Made by a program: the position numbers and the translations under genes
Assembly (NCBI GenBank): GCA_029838215.1
Contig: JALGVI010000005.1
Location: forward strand, 1 to 52,909
DNA from: Candidatus Helarchaeota archaeon
GTDB taxonomy: Archaea > Asgardarchaeota > Lokiarchaeia > Helarchaeales > RDOG01
Direction: 5' to 3'
DNA: 52,909 bases
The notes under the pieces: generated by a model
Databases searched by the model: none
What the model saw: only the letters and a program-made list of their open reading frames with translations
Told to the model about the DNA's origin: nothing
In this document: in pieces, positions 18,738 through 28,663 of the stretch
Position numbering within the stretch: the first letter of the stretch is position 1
How the letters are laid out: every line of letters begins with the position of its first letter

Positions 18738-19439
18738 TCATTCTTTCATTATGCATTCTAGAATTCTTAAATCTATTTCTTCATCGATATCTATTGATCT
18801 TTCTCTAGGCATGACATAAATTCCAGTATTTTTATCAATAAGAACCTGATTTTTCATAAATGTTTTCAATTTCCAAATATAGATCGAGCCATTTATTGCG
18901 TAAACCTCTGGAGCATCTTGTCTCCTAAAAATTGGATTTTTTAAATCCTTGGAAATATATATTTCTCCTTTCTTATTTTTTTCGACCAAGTTAAAGTAAG
19001 GATTGTTTGGCGCTAAGGTGACGCTAAATACGTTATCATGATCATTTTCCACTAAAATTTGAATTGCTTTTTCAATGTCTTCTACTAGTCTATAAGGACT
19101 TGTGACTTGTAAATCAATAATTAAGTCCCAATCCTTTTTCCAATTTTGTCGTGCCCATTTTATAGCGTGTAAAATTACCGGATAAATGCTTATCTCGTCA
19201 GTTGCCAATTCAGGTGGTCTTTTAAAAGGAATGTCATATCCAAAATTCTTTAAAACTTGAGCAATTTCGTCATCATCTGTCGATACAACGATATCATCAA
19301 TTAAATCGCATTTTTGCGCTATTTCTAACGTGTGTATGATCAATGGTTTGCCTTTTAACTTTTGAATGTTTTTTCGGGGAAATCCTTTTGATTTTCCCCT
19401 TGCACAAATGATACAAATGATTTTCAAATCTTTATACAT
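18738..19439 (-). CDS. neuA: Acylneuraminate cytidylyltransferase (CMP-nonulosonate synthetase)
   Basis: ICARGKSKGFPRKNI, GKPLI, STDD, RPPELATD, LQVTSP.R, RRQD, INGSIY and SIDIDEEID motifs. Confidence 0.9.
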   Translation of the reverse strand: MYKDLKIICIICARGKSKGFPRKNIQKLKGKPLIIHTLEIAQKCDLIDDIVVSTDDDEIAQVLKNFGYDIPFKRPPELATDEISIYPVILHAIKWARQNWKKDWDLIIDLQVTSPYRLVEDIEKAIQILVENDHDNVFSVTLAPNNPYFNLVEKNKKGEIYISKDLKNPIFRRQDAPEVYAINGSIYIWKLKTFMKNQVLIDKNTGIYVMPRERSIDIDEEIDLRILECIMKE

Positions 19440-19651
19440 CTTTTTTCATTCCTTTGATTCTATTCGTCTCAGATTTTCAGTTCTATTTTTCAATTTATTT
19501 TACATGCTTTTCAATGCTCTGTCAATTTCACTGGCAAATAATATTTCTAACCAGCATAATTTAAGATTTAGAATTAATTTTAAGTTTTCACAAATGATAT
19601 ATATCTCAATTGTTTAGTAATTTTAAGAAAATAAAAGATGGTGGACAAATA

Positions 19652-20701
19652 TTGAGGTGCAAAATCCGACTGGGAACCTTTGAAATTAGCCAAGATTCTC
19701 CATGCTTTGTTATAGCGGAAATTGGTCATAATCATCAAGGTAAAATGGACATTGCTAAAAAATTAATTGATGAAGCGGCTAATAATGGTGCAAATGCTGT
19801 TAAACTCCAAAAAAGGGATAATAAAGCCTTGTATACAAAAAAAATGTATAATAAACCATATGACCACGAAAACAGTTTTGGTCTTACTTATGGGGAGCAT
19901 CGAGAGGCGTTGGAGTTTGGAAAAGAAGAATATAAGGAATTGAAAGCATATACTGAAGATAAAGGTCTTGTTTTCTTTGCCACGGCATTTGATTTTGAGA
20001 GTGTAGATTTCCTTGAAAGTATTAAAATTCCCGCTTATAAAATTGCTTCGGGCGATATAACAAATCATCCATTAATTGAATACATTGCAAGCAAGAAGAA
20101 ACCTGTTTTTATTTCAACTGGTGCTTGTACAATGAAGGACGTTCGAGAAGCCCATGAAATTATACGAAAATATACTGATAAAATTTGTATAATGCAATGC
20201 ACAGCAGATTATCCTTCCGAACCCAAAGATATGCATTTAAATGTCATTAAAACATACTTGAAAGAATTTCCTGATGCAATAATTGGACTCTCCAGTCACG
20301 ATAACGGGATTGTCATGCCCATTGTGGCCTATGTCCTTGGTGCTCGTGTGATTGAAAAACATTTCACTTTAAGTCGTGCAATGAAAGGTACGGATCATAA
20401 ATTCTCCCTTGAGCCTCAAGGAATGAGAAAAATGACTCGAGATTTAAGTCGAGTTCGAGTGGCTTTCGGAGAATTTGAAAAAAAGATGTACCCATTCGAG
20501 TTAAATGCGAAAAAAAAGATGGGCAAAAGCATGGTTCTTACTCGAGCAATAAAAAAAGGGGAAGTATTAACTAAAGAGATGATAGTATTCAAAAGTCCTG
20601 GCGATGGGATGCCACCATCAAAACTTAGTCAAGTATTGGGAAAGAAAGCGATTCGTGATCTTCCAGAAGAAACAATCTTAACTTTGGATCTTCTTGAATA
20701 A
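19652..20701 (+). CDS. neuB: Nonulosonate (N-acetylneuraminate/KDN 9-phosphate type) synthase with SAF domain
   Basis: IAEIGHNHQG, KLQKR, TYGEHREALEF, YKIASGD, QCTADYP, SSHDNG, IEKHFTL and GTDH motifs. TTG 19652 follows GGTGGA; the frame is open from 19610. Confidence 0.9.
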   Translation: MRCKIRLGTFEISQDSPCFVIAEIGHNHQGKMDIAKKLIDEAANNGANAVKLQKRDNKALYTKKMYNKPYDHENSFGLTYGEHREALEFGKEEYKELKAYTEDKGLVFFATAFDFESVDFLESIKIPAYKIASGDITNHPLIEYIASKKKPVFISTGACTMKDVREAHEIIRKYTDKICIMQCTADYPSEPKDMHLNVIKTYLKEFPDAIIGLSSHDNGIVMPIVAYVLGARVIEKHFTLSRAMKGTDHKFSLEPQGMRKMTRDLSRVRVAFGEFEKKMYPFELNAKKKMGKSMVLTRAIKKGEVLTKEMIVFKSPGDGMPPSKLSQVLGKKAIRDLPEETILTLDLLE

Positions 20702-20765
20702 GAAAATGATTGAAGAACCAAATAGATTTTCATGCGATTTTTAATCTAATGGAGAAGGATAAGAA

Positions 20766-21263
20766 ATGAGTATAGAATTTTCAAAAATAATGTTTGTTGT
20801 TTTTGATTTCGATGGGGTTTTTACTGATAATAAAGTGATTATTGATGAGGATGGTCGGGAAGCAGTCGTTTGCAATAGATCTGATGGCATAGGGCTCTCT
20901 CGGCTACGAGAGGTTGGGGTGGATACTTTAATTCTGTCGACAGAAGTAAATAATGTCGTAAAAAAAAGAGCTGAAAAATTGAAAATTGACTGTATTCATG
21001 GGTGCAAAGATAAGCTGGAACAATTAAAGACAGCAATTAAAGAGAAAAAAATCTCTTCTGAACAAGTTGCATTTGTTGGGAATGACATAAATGATGCAGA
21101 ATGTTTGAAACACGTTGGATTGCCTATTGTTGTTGCAGACGCTCATAAAGAAGTATTACCTCTAGGAAAATATCGAACTGAGTTGAATGGAGGTCAGGGT
21201 GCAGTAAGGGAGATTTGCGATCTTATTTATAATGCAAAAAAAAGAGGGGAGCAACATGATTAA
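20766..21263 (+). CDS. HAD phosphatase, KdsC / KDN-9-phosphate phosphatase family
   Basis: FDFDGVFTD, DGIG, GCKDK, FVGNDIND and GGQGAVREICD motifs. Confidence 0.88.
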   Translation: MSIEFSKIMFVVFDFDGVFTDNKVIIDEDGREAVVCNRSDGIGLSRLREVGVDTLILSTEVNNVVKKRAEKLKIDCIHGCKDKLEQLKTAIKEKKISSEQVAFVGNDINDAECLKHVGLPIVVADAHKEVLPLGKYRTELNGGQGAVREICDLIYNAKKRGEQHD

Positions 21264-22065
21264 GTTATTTGATCTCACTGGTAAAATTGCAATTGTAACT
21301 GGTGGGTTGGGGCAACTTGGAACTCAATATACAAAAATTTTATTAGAAGCAGGAGCCAAAGTTGCTGTTTTTGATATAAAAATCGATAAACTCAATTCCT
21401 TCTATTTATCAAATAAAGACAACCCAAATTTAGAGATAATTAAGGTTGATATCACGAAAAAAAAGTCCATTAAAGATGGTACGAAAAACGTCATTGAAAA
21501 ATTTGGCGTGCCAAGCATTTTAATAAATAATGCTGCACTCGATACGCCTCCTGGAAATCCTGCTGCCGAAAATGGTCCGTTTGAAGAGTATCCTGAATCG
21601 TTTCTTGATAAAACTTATGCTGTAAACCTTAAAGGGATGATCTTCTGTTGTCAAGTCATTGGTAAGATCATGGCGGAAAACCAACATGGTAGCATAATAA
21701 ACATTTCTTCGATATACGGTTATATTTCACCCGATCAAAGAATTTATGAATATCTCGAAAAAGATGGAAATAAATTTTTTAAACCTATTAGTTATTCGGT
21801 AACAAAGGCTGCGGTTCTTAACCTAACTCGTTATCTTGCTACATATTGGGCGGGAAAAAAAGTCCGAGTGAACTCCCTTACACTTGGAGGCGTATTTAAT
21901 AATCAAGATGAAGAATTCTTGAAAGGTTACTGCCAGAGAGTTCCTCTTGGAAGAATGGCAAACGAAGACGAATATAATGGAGCGATATTATTTTTAGCAT
22001 CTGATGCATCATCATACATGACTGGATCAAATTTAATCATTGATGGTGGATTTACTGCATGGTAA
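21256..22065 (+). CDS. SDR oxidoreductase, PtmA-like
   Basis: TGGLGQLG, INNAA, SSIYG, YSVTKAA, VRVNSL..GGV and DGGFTAW motifs; ATG 21256 follows GAGGGG. Confidence 0.85.
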   Translation: MIKLFDLTGKIAIVTGGLGQLGTQYTKILLEAGAKVAVFDIKIDKLNSFYLSNKDNPNLEIIKVDITKKKSIKDGTKNVIEKFGVPSILINNAALDTPPGNPAAENGPFEEYPESFLDKTYAVNLKGMIFCCQVIGKIMAENQHGSIINISSIYGYISPDQRIYEYLEKDGNKFFKPISYSVTKAAVLNLTRYLATYWAGKKVRVNSLTLGGVFNNQDEEFLKGYCQRVPLGRMANEDEYNGAILFLASDASSYMTGSNLIIDGGFTAW

Positions 22066-22100
22066 TTACAGAAATGAATATAAGAGTTAAATAGTAATTT

Positions 22101-22162
22101 TTATTTTATTATTCGGCATAAAAAGATGGAGTTATTTTATTATTCGGCATAAAAAGATGGAG
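22101..22162 (+). repeat. Perfect 31-bp tandem duplication spanning the ALDH start region
   Basis: ttattttattattcggcataaaaagatggag at 22101-22131 and 22132-22162. Confidence 0.95.
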
Positions 22163-23623
22163 TACGTCAAGATGCAAAAATACATGAATTTAGTAAATGG
22201 AAAATATGTTGAACCATTGACCGGGAAATACTTCGAGGATCTAAACCCTGCAGATAATACTGATATTATTGGAATATTTCCTCGATCAGGATCTGACGAT
22301 ATTAAGAATGCTGTACGTTCCGCAAAAGAAGCATTTCCTGCTTGGCGAGATCTTCCACCGCCAAAAAGAGGAGACTTAATCTACAAGTTGGGAGAGCTTC
22401 TTCTAAAAAACCAAGAAAAATTAGCCAAAATTATTGTTCGGGAAATGGGAAAAACCTTACCTGAAAGCATGGGTGACATACAATCTAGCGCGGATGTTGC
22501 TTATTTTGCAGCTGGTGAAGGTCGAAGAATGTATGGTCAGACGACCTATTCTGCTCAGTTCAGAAAATGGGCCATTACAAAACGCGTTCCTGTTGGGGTC
22601 TGTGGTCTCATAACAGCTTGGAATGCACCCATGGCGATTATCACGTGGAAATTATTACCAGCAGTCATTTGTGGTAATACCGTGGTTCTAAAGCCTTCTG
22701 AAGATACTCCTTTAACTGCACACATGTTTGGTGAATTAATTAAGGAAGCCGGCTTTCCAGACGGTGTTATTAATATCATATATGGCATGGGTCCAGAAAC
22801 AGGAGAAGCATTAGTAAAAGAGAAGGATGTTGACCTAATCTCCTTTACTGGATCAACCAAAGTCGGGAGAAAGATTTCTGAAGAATGTGGAAGACAAATG
22901 AAAAAATGTTCATTGGAGTTAGGGGGAAAAAATGGTTTAGTAGTGATGGATGATGCAGATTTGAATGCCGCTGCAGATGCTGTGGCTCGCGGTGCGTTTT
23001 CTACAGCTGGGCAACGATGTGCATCCACAAGTCGCGCATTTATTCATGAAGAAATTTATGATGATTTTCTTAAACTATTAATAGAAGAAACTAAAAAGAT
23101 GAAGGTGGGTGTTGGAACCGATCCCAACACAAAAGTATGTCCAATTATTAATAAGAAACAATTTACAGACATAATGGGCTATATAAAAGGTGCCAAAAAA
23201 GACGGTGCAACTCTTCTATATGGTGGAAATGCACTTACCGAAGGAGAGTTCTCAAAAGGATATTTCATTGAGCCTACTATATTCGAAAATGTTGATCTTT
23301 ATTCTAAACTTGCTCAAGAAGAAATATTTGGCCCTGTATTAGCGGTATTTAAGATTAATTCATTGGCAGAGGCAATTGAAAAAGTTAATTCCGTTAAATA
23401 TGGATTGACCGCTTCAATTTTCACGTCAAATATGAGAAATGGATTAATTGCCATGGAAAAATTTGAAGTTGGGTGCTGTTACGTAAACGCCCCTACATTT
23501 GGATCCGAACCCCACATGCCATTTGGAGGCGTAAAAGATTCTGGCAATGGACAAAGAGAACCCGGTACACAATCACTTGACGTATTTTCAGAATGGAAAA
23601 CCATTTATTTGAATTACAGTTAA
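22157..23623 (+). CDS. NAD(P)-dependent aldehyde dehydrogenase
   Basis: ITAWNAP, LKPSE, FTGST, LELGGKN, catalytic GQRC, EEIFGP and PFGGVKDSG motifs. Confidence 0.93.
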   Translation: MEYVKMQKYMNLVNGKYVEPLTGKYFEDLNPADNTDIIGIFPRSGSDDIKNAVRSAKEAFPAWRDLPPPKRGDLIYKLGELLLKNQEKLAKIIVREMGKTLPESMGDIQSSADVAYFAAGEGRRMYGQTTYSAQFRKWAITKRVPVGVCGLITAWNAPMAIITWKLLPAVICGNTVVLKPSEDTPLTAHMFGELIKEAGFPDGVINIIYGMGPETGEALVKEKDVDLISFTGSTKVGRKISEECGRQMKKCSLELGGKNGLVVMDDADLNAAADAVARGAFSTAGQRCASTSRAFIHEEIYDDFLKLLIEETKKMKVGVGTDPNTKVCPIINKKQFTDIMGYIKGAKKDGATLLYGGNALTEGEFSKGYFIEPTIFENVDLYSKLAQEEIFGPVLAVFKINSLAEAIEKVNSVKYGLTASIFTSNMRNGLIAMEKFEVGCCYVNAPTFGSEPHMPFGGVKDSGNGQREPGTQSLDVFSEWKTIYLNYS

Positions 23624-23656
23624 CGACAATGAAAATTATTTTTAGGAAAGGAGAAA

Positions 23657-25597
23657 ATGGATAAGAATATTGATGTATTTATGGTACCATATCAAGAAAT
23701 ATCTCGAGTAATTAATACAAAAATGGATCGTTTTGATAAACTTGTCATGATAAGTGAAATGTGTCGTCTCAACACATTTTCCTCCGTTAAAATTGCCGGT
23801 TCGGGGCATCTAGGATCAAGTTTTAGTTCTCTGGATTTGATGGTTTATTTATATTTTGACTACATGAATGTTCTCGAAAAAGGATTAGACAGTCCAGATA
23901 GAGATATTTTTTTCTCCTCAAAAGGTCATGACTGTCCTGGATTTTATTCAGTTCTTTTTGCTGCAAATATATTGCCTCTTGAAAAAATACTAAAACTCCG
24001 CAAGCTCGGAGGGCTTGATGGACATCCTGACGTTAAAATTGATGGCGTGGAATCAAATTCAGGATCGTTGGGCATGGGTATATCAAAGGCTAAAGGAATG
24101 GCAAAGGCGAAGAGTCTTGGTTCTCATGATGGTGAAATTTTTGTCATCACGGGTGATGGGGAGCTTCAAGAAGGACAGATATGGGAATCATTGCAAACAA
24201 CTACACATCAAAAAATAACCAATGTTACGATGATTGTCGATCATAATAAGATTCAGACTGATAAAAAGGTGGAAGAAATTATAGATCTTGGGTCTTTAGA
24301 GAAAAAGTTCAGTATTTTTGGGTGGCATGTTGAACGATGCAATGGGCATGATTTTAGGAGCATTGATTTAGTTTTCAAGAAACTAAAAAACGTAAGGGAC
24401 AAACCGAAGGTAATAATCGCTGATACAATTAAAGGTAAAGGTATAAGTTTTATGGAGGGTCCTGAAGCCCTTAAATCTGGGCAAGGATTATATAGATGGC
24501 ATTCTGGAGCACCCAATGACGATTTTTTCGAGCTTGGACAGAAAGAATTAATTGAAAAAATCCAAAAATGTGCCGAAAAATTTAATCTTGGCAAGATTAA
24601 ATGTCAATTAATTAAAAGTCTCCCGAGGAAAAGAACTCGTCTTAAGGATACTGCTGAAAAAGTGGTTAAGACGTTTGGTGAGATCCTTGTAGATATTGGG
24701 AAAAGACGAAAAGATATTGTCGTGTTAGATGCTGACCTTTCAGAGGATTGTGGTCTCAGATTGTTTGAAAATACCTATCCTGAGAGATTTATTGAGAATG
24801 GTATAGCAGAACAAGACATGGTATCCATGGCTGGCGGCTTAGCACTTCAAGGATATCTTCCGATAGTAAACTCTTTTGCAAGTTTTTTATCTTCGCGTTC
24901 TAATGAACAAATATATACCAATGCTACGGAAAATACAAAAATAATCTACATGTGCCACTACGCGGGTTTGATACCTGCAGGACCTGGAAAATCTCATCAA
25001 AGCCTTCGAGATATATCGCTCTTTGGTGCCTTACCTAACTGCATTATTCTCGAACCGTGTAACGCAATAGAAACTGCCAATGTACTTGAATGGGCTGTTG
25101 AGAAAGCCACTCAGACTTGCATGATTAGATTGGTTATCTCACCATCGCCACGGAAAATATTGCTTCCAGATGATTATATCTTTGAAATGGGAAAAGGTTG
25201 TGTCCTTAAAGATGGAAATAATGCAATAATTTTTGCGTATGGACCGGTAATGTTGAACGAGGCTCTTACTGCTGCCGAAATACTAGAAAAAAATGGTTTT
25301 AGCTTAAAAGTTATTAACATGCCTTGGTTAAATCGTGTGGACTCCGATTGGTTATTGAAAACAGTCAAAGATTTTAAAAGTATTTTTGTTTTAGATGATC
25401 ATTCCACATATGGGGGGCTTGGGGATACTATTTTAAATGCAATAAATTCTTCAGACCTGTTGAGAGGGAAAAAAGTCAATAAAATAGGTATTAGGGAATA
25501 TCCTGCATTCGGAACTCCAATAGAAGTCTTCAAATATCATCGTGTTGATGGAAAGAGCCTATCAAAACGAATATTAGAGGGAACAAAAAATGAATAA
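23657..25597 (+). CDS. Transketolase (single-chain ThDP enzyme)
   Basis: GHLGSSFS, SKGH, GSLGMG, GDGELQEG, TIKGKG, GIAEQDMV and GKSHQ motifs. Confidence 0.9.
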   Translation: MDKNIDVFMVPYQEISRVINTKMDRFDKLVMISEMCRLNTFSSVKIAGSGHLGSSFSSLDLMVYLYFDYMNVLEKGLDSPDRDIFFSSKGHDCPGFYSVLFAANILPLEKILKLRKLGGLDGHPDVKIDGVESNSGSLGMGISKAKGMAKAKSLGSHDGEIFVITGDGELQEGQIWESLQTTTHQKITNVTMIVDHNKIQTDKKVEEIIDLGSLEKKFSIFGWHVERCNGHDFRSIDLVFKKLKNVRDKPKVIIADTIKGKGISFMEGPEALKSGQGLYRWHSGAPNDDFFELGQKELIEKIQKCAEKFNLGKIKCQLIKSLPRKRTRLKDTAEKVVKTFGEILVDIGKRRKDIVVLDADLSEDCGLRLFENTYPERFIENGIAEQDMVSMAGGLALQGYLPIVNSFASFLSSRSNEQIYTNATENTKIIYMCHYAGLIPAGPGKSHQSLRDISLFGALPNCIILEPCNAIETANVLEWAVEKATQTCMIRLVISPSPRKILLPDDYIFEMGKGCVLKDGNNAIIFAYGPVMLNEALTAAEILEKNGFSLKVINMPWLNRVDSDWLLKTVKDFKSIFVLDDHSTYGGLGDTILNAINSSDLLRGKKVNKIGIREYPAFGTPIEVFKYHRVDGKSLSKRILEGTKNE

Positions 25598-27209
25598 AGA
25601 CATGAAAATCCTTTGTTTAATATTAGCACGGGGTGGATCGAAACGCATTCCCGGAAAAAATATAAAAATTCTTGCAGGAAAACCGTTAATAGCATACACT
25701 ATTGAGTGTGCAAAGCGTTCAAAATATATAAATAGAATAATTGTATCAACTGATGATGAAAAAATTGCCGAAATTGCACGAGCTTATGGAGCTGAGGCTC
25801 CATTTTTACGACCAGCTGAAATATCAAAAGACCATTCAACCGAATTAGAAGCATTTAAACATGCTTTGTCTTGGTTGAAAAATAATGACGATTATGAACC
25901 TGATTTAATTGTGAAATTATTTTCGACTTCTCCATTCCGAAAAACAGAATCTGTAGACAAGGCGATTGAATTGTTACTATCAAATCCTGAAGCGGATTCT
26001 GTCAGATCAGTCACCTTGTGTTCGGAACATCCATACAAAATGTGGACTATCGAAAAAAACTTACTAAAATCTTTAATCCCTTTGGAACAGAAGCCTAAAG
26101 ATGCCCATACACTCAGTTATCAGATACTTCCAACGGTTTACATCCAAAATGCCGCAATTGACGTTATTAAACCAAAGAATATTTGGGAAAAGGATTCCAT
26201 AACAGGAGATGTTATATTACCATTCGAAATGGATGAATACGAATCTGTTGATATCAATAACCCAATTGATTTCTTCCTTGCAGAATCCATGATTGAGTTA
26301 AATTTTGCAAGAGACCCTAATGAACCCATAATACCTGAAGATTTGGAATTTTATGCAAAATATCTCGACCTAAATGTAAATCAATGTATTGTTTGTGAGA
26401 GTAATCAAACCTCTGTGTGGGCTACATATGGGTCGTTCACTGCTGTTAAATGTAATAAATGTAACATGATTTGGATTAATCCAATGGTCAATAAGGAAGG
26501 TACTGCAAAATATTACCAAGATTATATTGGAATGAGATTTGAGGACGTAGAAAGAACTGAACAAAGAAAAAAACAATATATTATAGACCGAGACTACATC
26601 ATGGAATATATAACATCTGGAAAAGTATTGGATGTAGGATGTTCTGGTGGATTTTTCCTTCAGGAGCTTGGTGAAGCTTTTGACAGATATGGAATAGAAA
26701 TCGATAAAAATGCCGTAGAATATGCACGAAAGAATTACTCATTTGGACAAAATGTCATTAACATTGATTTAATGGAAGCTCCATTTTCGAATGAGACTTT
26801 TGATCTTATTATCATGAGAGGTACGATAGAACATCTCCATGCTCCTAACGTTGCCGTGAAAAAAGTAGCACAACTCCTAAAGAAGGGTGGTTTCTTTTAT
26901 ATTGCTGCGACACCTAACGTTGCTAGTTTTTCCGCAGAGTTTTATCGTGAACGATGGAATCAATTCCATCCGATTCGTCATCTTTATTATTTCAGTGTTG
27001 CTACACTACAAAAATTATGTAAAAAGCACGATCTAAAACTGTTATCTTATCGACTTCCTTACATGGAAACACCTTATGCATCTGTTGAAAACAACATAAT
27101 TCGAGTATATTCTGATATAAAATTGAAAAAAATGGGAATGGCTGAAAAAATACCGCGTAGCCCCCCATTTTGGGAAAACATGTTGAATATTGTCTTCATT
27201 AAAGAATAG
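25590..27209 (+). CDS. Fusion of CMP-nonulosonate synthetase (N-terminal) and class I SAM methyltransferase with a Zn-binding lid (C-terminal)
   Basis: ARGGSKRIPGKNI, STDD, TSPFR and SVDINNPIDF, then CIVC...CNKC, VLDVGCSGGFF, GTIEHL and GGFFYIATPN. Confidence 0.88.
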   Translation: MNKDMKILCLILARGGSKRIPGKNIKILAGKPLIAYTIECAKRSKYINRIIVSTDDEKIAEIARAYGAEAPFLRPAEISKDHSTELEAFKHALSWLKNNDDYEPDLIVKLFSTSPFRKTESVDKAIELLLSNPEADSVRSVTLCSEHPYKMWTIEKNLLKSLIPLEQKPKDAHTLSYQILPTVYIQNAAIDVIKPKNIWEKDSITGDVILPFEMDEYESVDINNPIDFFLAESMIELNFARDPNEPIIPEDLEFYAKYLDLNVNQCIVCESNQTSVWATYGSFTAVKCNKCNMIWINPMVNKEGTAKYYQDYIGMRFEDVERTEQRKKQYIIDRDYIMEYITSGKVLDVGCSGGFFLQELGEAFDRYGIEIDKNAVEYARKNYSFGQNVINIDLMEAPFSNETFDLIIMRGTIEHLHAPNVAVKKVAQLLKKGGFFYIAATPNVASFSAEFYRERWNQFHPIRHLYYFSVATLQKLCKKHDLKLLSYRLPYMETPYASVENNIIRVYSDIKLKKMGMAEKIPRSPPFWENMLNIVFIKE

Positions 27210-27217
27210 GTGGACAA

Positions 27218-28663
27218 ATGAGAAAATTAATTATCATATCAAATGATGAATTCATCCGGAATTTTATTCGCTCTGATGCATTATCCGAGATTGAGTCAGA
27301 AGATACTTATTACGTGGCTTCAAGTACAATGAAATATCTCATTGAACTTAAAAACAAAAATTACTTAGCTTCAATTAATATCGGCAAGTGGACAAGAGAA
27401 GCATTTTTAAACATCATTTTTCCTTTAATAACATTTACTTATAAATCAAAATCGTCCTCTTTTGAGTTTAGAGCGGAACGGATTCTTTCTTCATACGGAC
27501 GAAACCGAATTTATAACGCGACATTATCAATTTTTCAATCTATTCTTAATCGGGTATTCCGAAGGAAAAAAAATAGAACAGCAATACGTCCAACTATTTA
27601 TCATCTGATTGCATATATTGCATCCCAAATGTTTGGAGAAGTAGCAATATTCATGATCCTTGCTATATTTGGGCACAATAAACGTTTGAACGAATTAATT
27701 AAAGATTTAAAGCCAGATATCGTGATTATTCCTTCTTCAGCCGCAGACATTCTCGGAACCATTGCAACAAGAATCTGTAAAAAACAACACGTCCCTGTTT
27801 TGCATTTAATTAGCGGGTGGGATAATTTATCAAGTAAAATAGTGTATCCATTTAAACCCGATTATCTTTGTGTCTGGGGACCGCAAAGTAAAGAATTTGC
27901 CAGGGATATTCACGGAATCCCACCTAATCGCGTTTTTGAAATTGGTGTTCCAACATTCGATAGTTACTTTCATTTAAAAAGGAATGATTCGAAATTAAAC
28001 TCGCTGAAATCCCCATATGATTTTGAATATGCTTTATTTGCTGGGTGTGCTGTTCCATTCGACGAAATATCCGCTCTTCAGATGCTTGAAGAGTCCATAG
28101 AGAGAGCAAACTTAGAAAAATTCAAAATTGTCTATAGACCACACCCTTGGAGACAAACAAGAGCTTGCCCCGATACCTTTGAACCACAAAAATTTAAACA
28201 TGTAGTTCTTGATGAACAAATGAAAGAAAATTATTATAAATCGAAATTAGTCGATTCGAACATGTATGTTACTAGGACATTTCTGCCTTCTTTAGATTAT
28301 TATCCCAGATTACTTCACAATGCACGATTTGTAATTTGTCCTCTCTCCACAATGACGTTGGAATCATTGATTTTTGAGCGATCCGTTTTATGTATTGTCT
28401 ATAATGATGGTATTCATATCACCAGCCCACATAATCTTTTAAGATATGATCATTTCGATGGTTTAGAAGATTTAGAAGGGGTGTATTTCTGCAAGAATAA
28501 GGCAGATTTTGGTAATTTGTTTTTATCGATCTATGAAGCAACACGAAATCAAAAAAAATCCAAGATATTAGAACAAATAAAATATTATATCTATTACGAT
28601 GATGAAAGCTACGCTAAACGACTCAAGAAAGTATTAGATAATTTATCTTTGAGATCTTACTAA
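27218..28663 (+). CDS. GT-B fold transferase (CDP-glycerol glycerophosphotransferase / putative sialyltransferase-like)
   Basis: GWDNLSSK, PDYLCVWG, IGVPTFD, VYRPHP and STMTLES motifs; last gene of the nonulosonate operon. Confidence 0.6.
   Translation: MRKLIIISNDEFIRNFIRSDALSEIESEDTYYVASSTMKYLIELKNKNYLASINIGKWTREAFLNIIFPLITFTYKSKSSSFEFRAERILSSYGRNRIYNATLSIFQSILNRVFRRKKNRTAIRPTIYHLIAYIASQMFGEVAIFMILAIFGHNKRLNELIKDLKPDIVIIPSSAADILGTIATRICKKQHVPVLHLISGWDNLSSKIVYPFKPDYLCVWGPQSKEFARDIHGIPPNRVFEIGVPTFDSYFHLKRNDSKLNSLKSPYDFEYALFAGCAVPFDEISALQMLEESIERANLEKFKIVYRPHPWRQTRACPDTFEPQKFKHVVLDEQMKENYYKSKLVDSNMYVTRTFLPSLDYYPRLLHNARFVICPLSTMTLESLIFERSVLCIVYNDGIHITSPHNLLRYDHFDGLEDLEGVYFCKNKADFGNLFLSIYEATRNQKKSKILEQIKYYIYYDDESYAKRLKKVLDNLSLRSY

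Noticed and set aside
22101-22162. 31-bp repeat as a CRISPR array
   Set aside because: Only two directly abutting copies, no spacer and no cas genes.
6419-27209. Genome-wide amber (pyrrolysine) recoding, suggested by two N-terminal in-frame TAGs (17888 and 44847)
   Set aside because: TAG is the natural end of at least four genes (6425-6427, 10514-10516, 18731-18733, 27207-27209). Read-through would run into a tRNA or a convergent gene, and no pyl genes are in the window.
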